A stretch of 50,451 nucleotides of DNA from Promethearchaeota archaeon (GTDB taxonomy: Archaea > Asgardarchaeota > Lokiarchaeia > Sigyniarchaeales > SOKP01), in NCBI GenBank assembly GCA_019057865.1, contig JAHLWP010000033.1, positions 1 through 50,451 of the forward strand, read 5' to 3'. Positions 1-9,976 of the stretch are shown here, in pieces. Made by a program: the position numbers and the translations under genes. Each line of letters starts with the position of its first letter. The first letter of the stretch is position 1. The notes beneath the pieces are model-generated. The model did not search any database. It saw only the letters and a list, made by a program, of their open reading frames with translations, and was not told where the DNA came from.

Positions 1-199
1 GTCGGCTCTCCGAACACGGAAAATAATAGAAAAAAAAATAAATACTTGAATACTATATGTAAAAAAAAGAATATTTAATTTTATAATTTAGTAAAATCAA
101 CAAAGTCCTCATGATATCCTAGATTTTTAAGTAAAATTTAAGCTTCATTGATGATTTTGTATTATCTTGTCTAGCAAATGCGCCTGAAAGAATTTAAAA

Positions 200-1609
200 C
201 TATTCAATCTTTTGACAAATTTTCTCAATCTTTTGAATAGTTCCATCAACAATTTCATCTGAATGTAATATACAGGTGTAAAATCTGCTTCCGGCAACAG
301 AAATAATTTCTTGGTTAACCAACGCAGCCCCCATATGCTCCATAAATTCTTTACGATGTTTGATTTGAGGACCTTGTTTAGGATCAGTAATATTCAGTCC
401 GAAAACGCACGAAGAATGGAAATGTACAGTACCCCCATAATTATACGAAAACCAAGGTAAATCATACTTTTCAAAGACTTCATTTAAACCAGTGGAGAGT
501 CGTGAGGCTGCCTTACCTGCAATTTCAGTTGCGTTAGTCTCTTCAACAAATTTCATAGCCCAATATGCTGCCGCGCAAGTTAGAGGATTTGCTGCTAGTG
601 TTCCGCCACAATATGCTCGTTTCGCACCTCCGCCTACTCCAGCAGCAACCGTTGCCATGATATCAGCTCTTCCTCCCAATGCCGCAGCAGAAGGATATCC
701 GTGTCCAACAATTTTACCAAAAACAGATAAATCAGGAGTATAGCCAAAATATGCTTGACCTCCTCCCATATGTAATCTAAAAGCACATACTACCTCATCA
801 GAAATAAGTAATGTATCATTTTGATGACAAAGTTCTTCTACTTCCTTATTAAATTCTGGTCTTACAGGAATAGCACCAGACTCACCACCCATGGGTTCTA
901 TAATTACCGCAGCAACTCTTTTCTTTTCCTTAAACATTTCTCTTAAGGCAACAATGTCGTTTGGAGGAACTGAATCTATAAATTTAAATATCTCCTTTGG
1001 AATCCCATGGGATTCCATTCTTTTCGTACCTGGTATATGCAAATCATAAACCAACTGATCTGACCAACCATGATAGCTTCCTCCAACTTTTATAATATAT
1101 TTTTTCCCTGTGAATACACGTGCTACTCGTATCGCTAACATATCTGTTTCTGTACCACTTTGAAGCCACCTAATGCGTTCGCAGGAGGGAAAATGTTTTT
1201 GTAATTCTTCAGCAGCTAAATATTCATATTCACTTGTTATTCCATGACAAGGTCCTGATTCCCTTATAACTTCTAAAACTTTTTCTGTTAATCCTGGATG
1301 ATTATGTCCTAAGATTATTGGTCCTCCATCCATTAAATAATCTGTTAACATAATATCATCTATAGTTTCCATATAACAATCAAATACTCTTTTACTTGTT
1401 AATGGAAAAGGATAATTAAAAGCTAGATTATGTTCAACCCCACCAGGTATGATTTTTCGTGCCCTTTCAAATGCTTCCTTTGATTTTACATGATTTTTCT
1501 CATATCTATTGACAATCTCTTTTAATTCTTCAGGTTTAAATTTTTTAAGTGGTTGACTAACAATGTTTTCAATTTTAGCTTTCATTTCTTCATATTTCAT
1601 GCTAAACAT
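200..1609 (-). CDS. Class III PLP-dependent aminotransferase (glutamate-1-semialdehyde aminomutase-like)
   Basis: IPGGV, SGTE, GSYHG, IIEP, DEV, PDLSVFGK (PLP lysine) and GTLAANP motifs; has an N-terminal extension compared with HemL. Confidence 0.85.
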   Translation of the reverse strand: MFSMKYEEMKAKIENIVSQPLKKFKPEELKEIVNRYEKNHVKSKEAFERARKIIPGGVEHNLAFNYPFPLTSKRVFDCYMETIDDIMLTDYLMDGGPIILGHNHPGLTEKVLEVIRESGPCHGITSEYEYLAAEELQKHFPSCERIRWLQSGTETDMLAIRVARVFTGKKYIIKVGGSYHGWSDQLVYDLHIPGTKRMESHGIPKEIFKFIDSVPPNDIVALREMFKEKKRVAAVIIEPMGGESGAIPVRPEFNKEVEELCHQNDTLLISDEVVCAFRLHMGGGQAYFGYTPDLSVFGKIVGHGYPSAAALGGRADIMATVAAGVGGGAKRAYCGGTLAANPLTCAAAYWAMKFVEETNATEIAGKAASRLSTGLNEVFEKYDLPWFSYNYGGTVHFHSSCVFGLNITDPKQGPQIKHRKEFMEHMGAALVNQEIISVAGSRFYTCILHSDEIVDGTIQKIEKICQKIE

Positions 1610-1792
1610 TTCAACTCAAAATTATGTGTTTTTAAATAGTAAGTCTTATATTTTTATTAGTTAAATATGTAAAGTGCGTATTAAAAAATAAGTTATCGTT
1701 TAATTCAGATTCCATGGATTTTATATATTTCTATATAGAATTATAACATTGCTTGAATGAAAATAAAAAATTTAGCTTTTTATCTTTAAAAA

Positions 1793-2263
1793 ATGATAGA
1801 AGATCTATTTTATTCCATGGAACTTAATATTAAAAGGATATTTTCTAATTTAGAACTTGATTTATTTCGATTATTTCATAAAAAAGTTAGAATTCATCCC
1901 GTAACTATAATTGTTCAAAGAGGTTTCCTATTTTTTTTTGTAAAAAATGAAGATTACTTTAAAGCAAAATCCCGTATAAAATTTGTTAGAAATTATTTAC
2001 CCAATAAGAAATTATTAGTTATTCGATTAGAAAAGACAATTGCTAAAATGATTTTTGGGTTTTTTCCTGATGTTTATATTCATAATATTGATTTAGAGAT
2101 TGATAAAAACACAGGTGATATAATTATAACTGTAATTCTTTTAACATATGAGGATAGATTAATTGCGATTGGTGCTAAAGGGAATTATATTAAGGCTGTG
2201 AATGAAATATTTGAGAAATATATTTATCCCGTGAAAATTAAGTGTGAAGTAGGTGGAATTTAA
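1793..2263 (+). CDS. Archaeal NusA-like KH-domain protein (divergent paralog)
   Basis: Size about 150 aa; C-terminal KH GxxG motif IAIGAKGNYIKAVNEIF; FFP-DV segment typical of archaeal NusA; first KH motif is degenerate. Confidence 0.7.
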   Translation: MIEDLFYSMELNIKRIFSNLELDLFRLFHKKVRIHPVTIIVQRGFLFFFVKNEDYFKAKSRIKFVRNYLPNKKLLVIRLEKTIAKMIFGFFPDVYIHNIDLEIDKNTGDIIITVILLTYEDRLIAIGAKGNYIKAVNEIFEKYIYPVKIKCEVGGI

Positions 2264-2347
2264 GGGAATTAAAATTCTGAGAATATAAGAATACAAGAAA
2301 TTTCCTTCAAATAATCTTTATTTACTTCTTCAACATTTATATTAAAT

Positions 2348-3973
2348 ATGTCTGGTTCACAAAACAAATATATACTTGCCATAGATCATGGGACTGGAGG
2401 TCCAAAATCAGCAATTGTCTCAACAACAGGGGAAGTGATTGATTGGTCATTTGAAGAGGTACCTTTGCATGTATATAAAGGTGGGGGGGTAGAACAAGAT
2501 CCAAATGATTGGTGGAATGCTATTCTGAAAACATGCAAGCAAGTTGTTGATAATGAAAAAGTGGCTATAAATGATATAGTAGGAGTTTGTAATACAAGTC
2601 AATGGAGTGGAACTGTACCAGTAGATAAAGATGGAAACCATTTAATGAATGCTATAATATGGATGGATACTCGAGGAGCTCCCTATGTAAAAAAGATTCA
2701 TAAGGGTTTATTAAAATTTTCAGGTTTTAATATAAGAAAAGCACTTATATGGTTAAAAAGAACTGGCGGAGCTCCAACTTTAAGTGGTAAAGATCCAATA
2801 GCTCATATGTTATGGATAAAACATGAACACCCAGATATCTATGATAAATCTTATAATTTTTTAGAACCACAAGATTATATAAATCTCAAATTAACAGGCA
2901 AATTTGCTTCTTCCTTTACAACTATAGGTCTTAATTGGCTAACAGATATAAGAGATATTAACAATATAAAATATTCAAAAAAATTAATTAGAATGGCAAA
3001 GATTGATAATAAAAAATTACCAGCCAAATTAGTAAAATCTACAGATGTTATAGGCAATATAACAAAAGAAGTAGCTGATACATTAGGATTAGATAGAAAT
3101 ACTAAGGTGATTGCTGGAGCTGCAGATGTTCCAACAGCAGCAATAGGATCTGGCGCTGTAAGAGATTTTGAAACTCATATTTACATTGGTACTTCAGATT
3201 GGGTAATTTGTCATATACCATCTAAAAAAGTGGATATGTTTCATAACATTGGATCAGTAGCATCTGGGATTCCAGGAAGATATATGATAGTTAACGAACA
3301 AGAAATAGCTGGAGGCACTTTATCTTTTTTGAAAAATCAAATATTATATCATAAAGATGAGCTTCTAAAAGAAGAAGCGGTGCCGGATGTATATAAAATT
3401 TTTGATCGCATCGTGGAAAAAGTTCCTGCTGGTTCAAATAATCTCATTTTTACTCCATGGTTAATAGGGGAAAGATGTCCTGTCGATGATCACACAATTA
3501 GGGGAGGACTGTATAATATATCGTTGGAAATGACACGTGAACATTTGATAAGAGCAATATTTGAGGGTGTTGCATATAATGTGAAATGGGCTTTTACTTA
3601 TGTAGAGAAACTAATTAAAAAATTAGTTATGAAAGAACATAGGGAAATGAAAAAGAAGGATGTTGTAATTCCAGAAATAAATATAATTGGCGGTGGAGCT
3701 CAGAGTAATATTTGGTGTCAAATTTTTGCTGATGTACTTGATAGAAAAATAAAGCAGGTAAGAAATCCAATACAGGCAAATGCTCGTGGTGCTGCTTTTA
3801 TTGCTTCAGTAGGACTAGGTTATCTCAAATGGGATGAAATTCATAGATGTTGCGAGATAGCAAACGTATTTACTCCCAACCCAGAAAATAGGAAAGTTTA
3901 TGACAAACTCTTCGAGGAATATCTAAACATTTATAAAATTATGAGAAAAACGTATAAACGATTAAATGAATAA
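2348..3973 (+). CDS. FGGY-family carbohydrate kinase (xylulokinase-like)
   Basis: AIDHGTGGPK, EQDP, IIWMDTR, GTS, GERCP, RAIFEGVAY and IGGGAQS motifs. Confidence 0.9.
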   Translation: MSGSQNKYILAIDHGTGGPKSAIVSTTGEVIDWSFEEVPLHVYKGGGVEQDPNDWWNAILKTCKQVVDNEKVAINDIVGVCNTSQWSGTVPVDKDGNHLMNAIIWMDTRGAPYVKKIHKGLLKFSGFNIRKALIWLKRTGGAPTLSGKDPIAHMLWIKHEHPDIYDKSYNFLEPQDYINLKLTGKFASSFTTIGLNWLTDIRDINNIKYSKKLIRMAKIDNKKLPAKLVKSTDVIGNITKEVADTLGLDRNTKVIAGAADVPTAAIGSGAVRDFETHIYIGTSDWVICHIPSKKVDMFHNIGSVASGIPGRYMIVNEQEIAGGTLSFLKNQILYHKDELLKEEAVPDVYKIFDRIVEKVPAGSNNLIFTPWLIGERCPVDDHTIRGGLYNISLEMTREHLIRAIFEGVAYNVKWAFTYVEKLIKKLVMKEHREMKKKDVVIPEINIIGGGAQSNIWCQIFADVLDRKIKQVRNPIQANARGAAFIASVGLGYLKWDEIHRCCEIANVFTPNPENRKVYDKLFEEYLNIYKIMRKTYKRLNE

Positions 3974-3995
3974 ATTTTTTTCTCTTCTTTTTTTA

Positions 3996-4856
3996 TTAAC
4001 CTTGAATTTTTTTTGCTATAGTAGCAGAAATCCTTTGATTAATAAAACCCTTAATTTCATTCATACGATTTTTAGTAATAGTAGAAGTTAATAATTTTGC
4101 TTTTAATTGCTTAATTAATTCTTTTTTAGAAATTTTCTTAACTCCTTTTAAGATAGATATTGTAAACTCCACATCTTCTATAAATTTGGCAATGTAATAT
4201 GCTAAAAATTTTAATTGTTCATTTTGATTTTCTTTTTCTAAAGCAGAATTAATAATTGACTTTTCAAGTTCTAAATCTAATTCCCATGGCATTTGGATTA
4301 CATGTTTGCGGGGATTCATTAGGAATGCATTTTTTCTTTGATTTTGAACCAAACTATAAAAATAAGTTGCCATAGGATAGATCTCATCATCAAATTCAAT
4401 AGTTTTTAAAGATCTGCTATTTTTATACATTTCAGGGATCAGTCCATCTAAGACATTGTTTATTTCATCCAAATTCAGTTTAGCTCCATTGTTCATAATC
4501 AAATATGATGGATAATTGAATAATCTTGCGTGTAACAAACCTGCGACACATTTAAAACCCAAGGTTTTAATTAAGTTTATCAATGTCATTGTTTTTATAG
4601 AGTCATCTATAATTTCTTCTTTAGGTTCTTCGATTGTGGGTGAAATTGAAAGATCAATAGCTTCATATCCGATAATTCTTCCTTTAACATCAAGAAAAAC
4701 GACAAATACGTGATCTTGACATACTGCACCTTGCGGGACTTGGATCTTTATATGCCCAAATTTTTTATCATAAAAGAGTGATTCTGGAATATTAACGGTT
4801 TTTACCGCACCACAGCTCGGACATGACAATTTAAGTGGTTTAAATCGCTCAACCAT
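3996..4856 (-). CDS. Asgard-type protein with N-terminal Zn-binding domain (CxxC...CxxH); C-terminal part possibly DENN-like
   Basis: SCPSCG...VCQDHVFVVFLD...IIGYEAID N-terminal domain; helical C-terminus. Confidence 0.6.
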   Translation of the reverse strand: MVERFKPLKLSCPSCGAVKTVNIPESLFYDKKFGHIKIQVPQGAVCQDHVFVVFLDVKGRIIGYEAIDLSISPTIEEPKEEIIDDSIKTMTLINLIKTLGFKCVAGLLHARLFNYPSYLIMNNGAKLNLDEINNVLDGLIPEMYKNSRSLKTIEFDDEIYPMATYFYSLVQNQRKNAFLMNPRKHVIQMPWELDLELEKSIINSALEKENQNEQLKFLAYYIAKFIEDVEFTISILKGVKKISKKELIKQLKAKLLTSTITKNRMNEIKGFINQRISATIAKKIQG

Positions 4857-5028
4857 AATTTTACCCCGCCTATATATAATAAATATAAAAAATTACACTT
4901 AATACATAAAAATTCCCTAATTTAAACTTTTTTTATTTGATAACATGAAATTAATTAAAAAAAAATAAAAAAGAATGTAATATTAAAAATTATTATAATC
5001 TTCCAATTATGGATATAACGTTAGATTT

Positions 5029-5553
5029 TTATCTATTTTCTTCTTTTTCATGATGGAGCATTACAACAATGCCTAATATTAACATAGCCATATCATCTGA
5101 AACATCAGGGGCAATTTTCACACCATACGTTCCTTTAATTTTAAATAACTTTTTACTTACTTCAGCAACTTCTTTACCCTCATATAAGATTTTATATTTC
5201 AATGTCCATATGTTTCCTTTCATTTTAAAAATCTTTTTCTCATTTAGATCTTCAAACCAATAACTAGGTTTTACTGATACTAATTTCCTTTTCAATTGTC
5301 CTATATACTTATTATCATCCTCTTCGCCACCCTCATAAAACTTATATGCTGAGTGCACAGAAGGTATTTTCTCGTGTACAGTAAGTAATGCATTATCTTC
5401 AAGATCTCTTAAACGGTATGTATTAGCAATTTTGATAAATTTACCCTTGAAATACCCAAGTTCTTCTCTATCTGGAGTCATCACCTTGACTTTATCTTTA
5501 AATGACACCAATTTTTCTTGCATTATAAATTCTCGTTGTTTAATAAGTTCCAT
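5029..5553 (-). CDS. LURP-one / Tubby-C / scramblase superfamily protein
   Basis: FIMQEKLVSFKD, KGNIWTLKYKI...VAEVSKK...TYGV and a terminal hydrophobic helix (MLILGIVVML). Confidence 0.8.
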   Translation of the reverse strand: MELIKQREFIMQEKLVSFKDKVKVMTPDREELGYFKGKFIKIANTYRLRDLEDNALLTVHEKIPSVHSAYKFYEGGEEDDNKYIGQLKRKLVSVKPSYWFEDLNEKKIFKMKGNIWTLKYKILYEGKEVAEVSKKLFKIKGTYGVKIAPDVSDDMAMLILGIVVMLHHEKEENR

Positions 5554-5670
5554 AATTACCTCATCTTATCATTATAGTTTATTAAATTATCAAAATTTGA
5601 GTTTTAAATCTAAGGTTTCAAATAAAGTAGAAAGAAATCTAAAAAAAATTATTAATAAAATTTTATTTAT

Positions 5671-7533
5671 TTAACCTTTTATTGTTTTTCCACTCTCTAG
5701 TTTATCTACATCTTTTTCCTGAAGTTCACGTCTCTGAACTTTGCCAGTCATACTAACTGGCATTTTACGTACAAATTCAATATATTTCGGTGATTTCCAT
5801 TTTGCCATATTATTCAAACACCATTCTTTTAATTGCTCACTTGTTATATCTCTATCAGCCTTGTAACCTTTCTTTAACGTCACCCAAGCTTTCACAAGTT
5901 CTCCTGTCATTTCATCAGGCAACCCTGCAACAGCAACCTCATCTACCATTTCATGATGTCCAAGTAGCTCTTCCACTTCTTTTGGAAAGACTGAATGACC
6001 TGAAACTTTGATTAACGATTTCTTTCTATCTCGTATCTCAACCCAACCATGTTCATCCATAAATCCAATATCTCCAGTCAAAAGCCATCTTTTACCACCC
6101 CAATCTTTCAAATTATCTTCTATTTCCTTTTGTACGCCTAAATATCCTAACATTATATGTGGCCCAGCACAACAAATTTCTCCTGTATTTTCAATCCCAA
6201 AACCTCCTCGTTCTTTAGTTCCATCACATATAGGACTGGTTCCAAAATTTTCTGAATCAAAAATAGCCCAATCAGCACCAGGAATTGGTAATCCTAATTT
6301 TCCAGTTTTGGTTGGACCCCAAAAAGGAGCTATACTTTGCATAGGAGACGTTTCAGTTAATCCATAGCCAGAACGTATTGGACAGAAAATCTCTTCAAAG
6401 GGTATTCGAACGTAATCATGGAGAGGTCCTGCACCTTGTGTTGCATATCGCAATTTTTTCCAAAAATCGTATTTTTTCTTATATTCTTCCACTCCCATTT
6501 CATTTACGAAATCCGTAAGTCTCTTGAATAACATTTCAACTCCAGTATACATTATTCCTTCAGGAGCATCAATCTTATTTATAGCTTCACATAAAACATC
6601 ATCTGAGGGTGGCCTTGGGAATAGAAGCATTACCATTCCTAACCCAAGAGCTGCATTCATAACACAGGTTAAACCAAAACTATGGAAAAACGGTATAGAA
6701 CCAATTGTTATCATTCCTGCTTTCAAATTTGTCCAAGGTTTGGCCATATTAAGATTAGCACTTAGATTCGCGTGTGAAAGCATTGCAACTTTAGGTAACC
6801 CAGTCGTCCCACCTGTCATAAGATACACAGCTGGATCAGTCCAAGGATCAATATCTACCTCGATTTCTGCTGGTTCAGTAGTATTGATTATATCTTCCAT
6901 CCAAATAACTTTATAATGCTCAGTTTCATGAGGTATTTTATCTTTAGCATTAGGAATTGCTAACTTTTCTAGAGTTTGTTCGTCAGCTGTCAGAAACTCT
7001 ACAAAATTCGAAGGTATCACATATTTTACACTCGTTTTTGGAAGCACATCTTTAGGACCTGCGATATATAACATATCCATCATAATAAACACTTTCGCCT
7101 TAGTTATTGTTAAAGAATGCAAGAGTTCCATTGGCCTATATGTGGGATTGATCCCTTGGACAATTGCACCAATATATTGACAACCCATATATGCAACAAC
7201 AAAATTTATAGAATTTGGAAGGTCAATCGCTACAACATCTCCTTTTCTAATACCTAATTCTTTATAAAGATATGTTCCAAATCTTTTAGCATAATTAAAT
7301 AAAGTTCTTAATTTTACACGCTCCATATATGAACCATAGACAAAAATACAAACATCTTTATCCCAAGTTTCAAAATCATCAGCAACTTTTAAAAAATATT
7401 TCCATAATGGCAAAATTTCGACATCTTCTATGTCCTTTAATTGTTTTGGAACACCTTCTGGCCAGTAGCCTCCTGTAAACCATACTTTATTCTCATCAAC
7501 TAGAAAGTCATCTAAACTTGTCATTTTTCTCAC
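5671..7533 (-). CDS. fadD: Long-chain fatty acid-CoA ligase (AMP-binding enzyme)
   Basis: MTGGTTGLPK, GYGLTETSP, TGDIG, DRKK and GKVQRREL motifs. Confidence 0.9.
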   Translation of the reverse strand: MRKMTSLDDFLVDENKVWFTGGYWPEGVPKQLKDIEDVEILPLWKYFLKVADDFETWDKDVCIFVYGSYMERVKLRTLFNYAKRFGTYLYKELGIRKGDVVAIDLPNSINFVVAYMGCQYIGAIVQGINPTYRPMELLHSLTITKAKVFIMMDMLYIAGPKDVLPKTSVKYVIPSNFVEFLTADEQTLEKLAIPNAKDKIPHETEHYKVIWMEDIINTTEPAEIEVDIDPWTDPAVYLMTGGTTGLPKVAMLSHANLSANLNMAKPWTNLKAGMITIGSIPFFHSFGLTCVMNAALGLGMVMLLFPRPPSDDVLCEAINKIDAPEGIMYTGVEMLFKRLTDFVNEMGVEEYKKKYDFWKKLRYATQGAGPLHDYVRIPFEEIFCPIRSGYGLTETSPMQSIAPFWGPTKTGKLGLPIPGADWAIFDSENFGTSPICDGTKERGGFGIENTGEICCAGPHIMLGYLGVQKEIEDNLKDWGGKRWLLTGDIGFMDEHGWVEIRDRKKSLIKVSGHSVFPKEVEELLGHHEMVDEVAVAGLPDEMTGELVKAWVTLKKGYKADRDITSEQLKEWCLNNMAKWKSPKYIEFVRKMPVSMTGKVQRRELQEKDVDKLESGKTIKG

Positions 7534-7673
7534 TTTTTAATAGTAAATTTTAATTTTGTAAAATAATAGCTAAATTTTCTACTATTATAATATGTTTGAT
7601 ATACTATAATATAATAATTTAACTTGATTTATCCATTAGATCTTAATTGAATTAATGACATTTTTGAAAATTA

Positions 7674-8531
7674 ATGGGTTTTAAAGATAAACTTAAGGAA
7701 AACTTAAAAGGTTTGTTAACAGAGGAAGAATTATCAATTCTTCCAAGGGGATTTCAAACAGTTGGGAAAGTTATAATTTTAAAATTAAATCCAATATTGA
7801 TTGAAAAAAGAGAGATTATTGGAAAAACTTGTTTAAAATTATTTCCAAATATTAGATCTATTTATATTAATTTAGGTAAAGTGGTAGGTACCTTTAGGGA
7901 CCCAAAAGGTATTGAATTTATTGCAGGGGAGGATAATCCTATAGTTGAACATAAAGAACATAGAATAATTTATAGGTTTGATATAACAAAGATTATGTTT
8001 AGTAAAGGTAATATTTATGAAAGAAAGTATTTAGCAACCTTAATTAAAGGCGGAGAAATCATTGTTGACATGTTTGCGGGTATAGGCTATTTTTCATTAC
8101 CCATTGCTAAGCATGCTTCACCTGAAAAGATATATAGTATTGAAATTAATCCTGTTTCTTATAAATTTTTAGTGGAGAATATAAAAATTAATCATCTAGA
8201 AGAAAAAATTATTCCAATTTTAGGGAATAGTAAGAAAGAAGTTTTAAACTTAAGTAAATCAGGCATAAGAGCAGATAGAATCATAATGGGTGTCTTTCCC
8301 GCACCAAAGGACTTTATAAGAGAAGCTCTATCATTGGCAAAAGATAAAGGGAGTATATTTCATTATGAAGGCGTAGTAAGTAAAGAGGATTTTCTCTCTC
8401 TATTCGAAGAATTCCATAATGAAGCCAAAAAAATGGATTTTAAATCTGAATTAAAAGCAAAAAGATATGTAAAAAGTTATGGTCCTAATTTATACCATGT
8501 CGTATTGGATATACTTGCTTATAAAGAATAA
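7674..8531 (+). CDS. taw2: tRNA(Phe) wyosine aminocarboxypropyltransferase Taw2 (Met-10+/Trm5 family)
   Basis: KIMFSKGNIYER, DMFAGIGYFSLP, EINP, ADRIIMG, FHYE and VKSYGP motifs. Confidence 0.75.
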   Translation: MGFKDKLKENLKGLLTEEELSILPRGFQTVGKVIILKLNPILIEKREIIGKTCLKLFPNIRSIYINLGKVVGTFRDPKGIEFIAGEDNPIVEHKEHRIIYRFDITKIMFSKGNIYERKYLATLIKGGEIIVDMFAGIGYFSLPIAKHASPEKIYSIEINPVSYKFLVENIKINHLEEKIIPILGNSKKEVLNLSKSGIRADRIIMGVFPAPKDFIREALSLAKDKGSIFHYEGVVSKEDFLSLFEEFHNEAKKMDFKSELKAKRYVKSYGPNLYHVVLDILAYKE

Positions 8532-8655
8532 AACATTTATCTCGTATTAAAAAGTTCGATAATTTTATTTATTGAATAAAAGAATTAGATATTATAGAAT
8601 ATTAAGAAATGAAAAATTTGTATTATTCGAAATCATAGTTTGGAATTGAATAAAA

Positions 8656-9903
8656 TTGCATGAAATGATTACTATTGGTCTTGATTATAGTCATAATAAT
8701 ATATTAACTCTTGAAGCTTCAAGTTATGCCGATTTCACCCAATTTTTATTTACTTCTGGTTTTAAATTAGGCAAAGTTGAAGCTGGTTTTGATTTATTAA
8801 CTAATTTTGAAAAATATGATGCTATTATCCTCTCAACACCAAAAAATATAAATTTAAAGCCAAATGAAATTGAGAATCTTGAAAATTATGTGAAAAATGG
8901 GGGCAGTCTTCTGATCTTTAGTTCAAGTGGAGGGGATTATACAAATAAGACTAATTTGAATGAATTAACTCAAAGGTTTGGATTTAAGTTTGAATCAGAT
9001 GAAGTTAATGATTCAATGAATTATGTTTTTCTACAAAAAAGACCAATTCTAACTAAACTTAAGCCACATTTTATAACTGAACAAGTAAGAAAAATTGTTT
9101 TTTCCAGCTCTTGCTCAACTAAAACTATAGATTTTGTTGAGGATGAAAAAAATATAAAAATCGAAGAATTAATAGAATTAGGGTTAAATGGTTGGCGTAA
9201 GAAGTATGATGGAGAAAAATGGATTGAAGAGGACAGTCCTAAAATACCATTAATGGTTATTGTTGAATACTATAAAGGAAAAGTTGTGGCTTTTGGTAAT
9301 TCTAGCATTTTTTCTTCTTTAGGACAAGAATATGGATTTACTGCTTTTGACAATGATATTTTAATCGCGAATATAATAAGATGGCTGGTAATGGATGTAG
9401 AATCCAAAGGAAAAGTGATTACTATTGAATTAAATTTAGATTTGTTTTATTGGGGAAAAGACATTATTAAAAAAGATAATTGGGGAGGTTTCTCGGATCT
9501 TATTAATGTTAGTCTTAAAAGTTTCAAAGATAATTACAAGGAAATAATAGATAAAATAAAAACTATACAAAAAGAAAAATTAGCAAAACGAAAAGATTAT
9601 GAAGAAGCGAGATTGAAAGAAGAAATTTCTGAAGAAAAAATCCTTGAAAAAATACCTGAACCTGTTAGAAAACGAGAAGATCTCGAAGATATAATGAGTG
9701 CAATAGAGGAGATTACTGGAGAAAAATATGAACTTTCTATTAATTTTGAAGAAGAAGAGATGAGTTTGCCATCAGGATTAACTTATACCAACGATAATAT
9801 TATAGAATTTGAAAAAGGTTATCCTAAAAAAGCTATCTGGCATGGAAAAGCAACAAAAACTTTTATAGAGTGGTTAAAAAAAAAGTATGAGGATTCAAGC
9901 TAA
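8656..9903 (+). CDS. GIFT/DUF4350 (IFT52/GldG-like) domain protein with possible ribbon-helix-helix and acidic C-terminal region
   Basis: LDYSHNN...AIILSTP...EIENLENYVKNGGSLLIF...NELTQRFGF...GKVVAFGNSSIF...NIIRWL. Confidence 0.65.
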   Translation: MHEMITIGLDYSHNNILTLEASSYADFTQFLFTSGFKLGKVEAGFDLLTNFEKYDAIILSTPKNINLKPNEIENLENYVKNGGSLLIFSSSGGDYTNKTNLNELTQRFGFKFESDEVNDSMNYVFLQKRPILTKLKPHFITEQVRKIVFSSSCSTKTIDFVEDEKNIKIEELIELGLNGWRKKYDGEKWIEEDSPKIPLMVIVEYYKGKVVAFGNSSIFSSLGQEYGFTAFDNDILIANIIRWLVMDVESKGKVITIELNLDLFYWGKDIIKKDNWGGFSDLINVSLKSFKDNYKEIIDKIKTIQKEKLAKRKDYEEARLKEEISEEKILEKIPEPVRKREDLEDIMSAIEEITGEKYELSINFEEEEMSLPSGLTYTNDNIIEFEKGYPKKAIWHGKATKTFIEWLKKKYEDSS

Positions 9904-9976
9904 GAGAAACTTTTCTCCTATTATCATAAAATAGAAATAAAATGAAATATTTTCTTTTTAAGGGAATTCTGTTAGC

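Noticed and set aside
200-1609. Calling the aminotransferase hemL
   Set aside because: It lacks the HemL NSPVR signature and has no tetrapyrrole gene context.
1709-1821. ATTCCATGGA occurring at 1709 and 1812
   Set aside because: Only 10 bp, one copy is inside the ORF, and chance is plausible.
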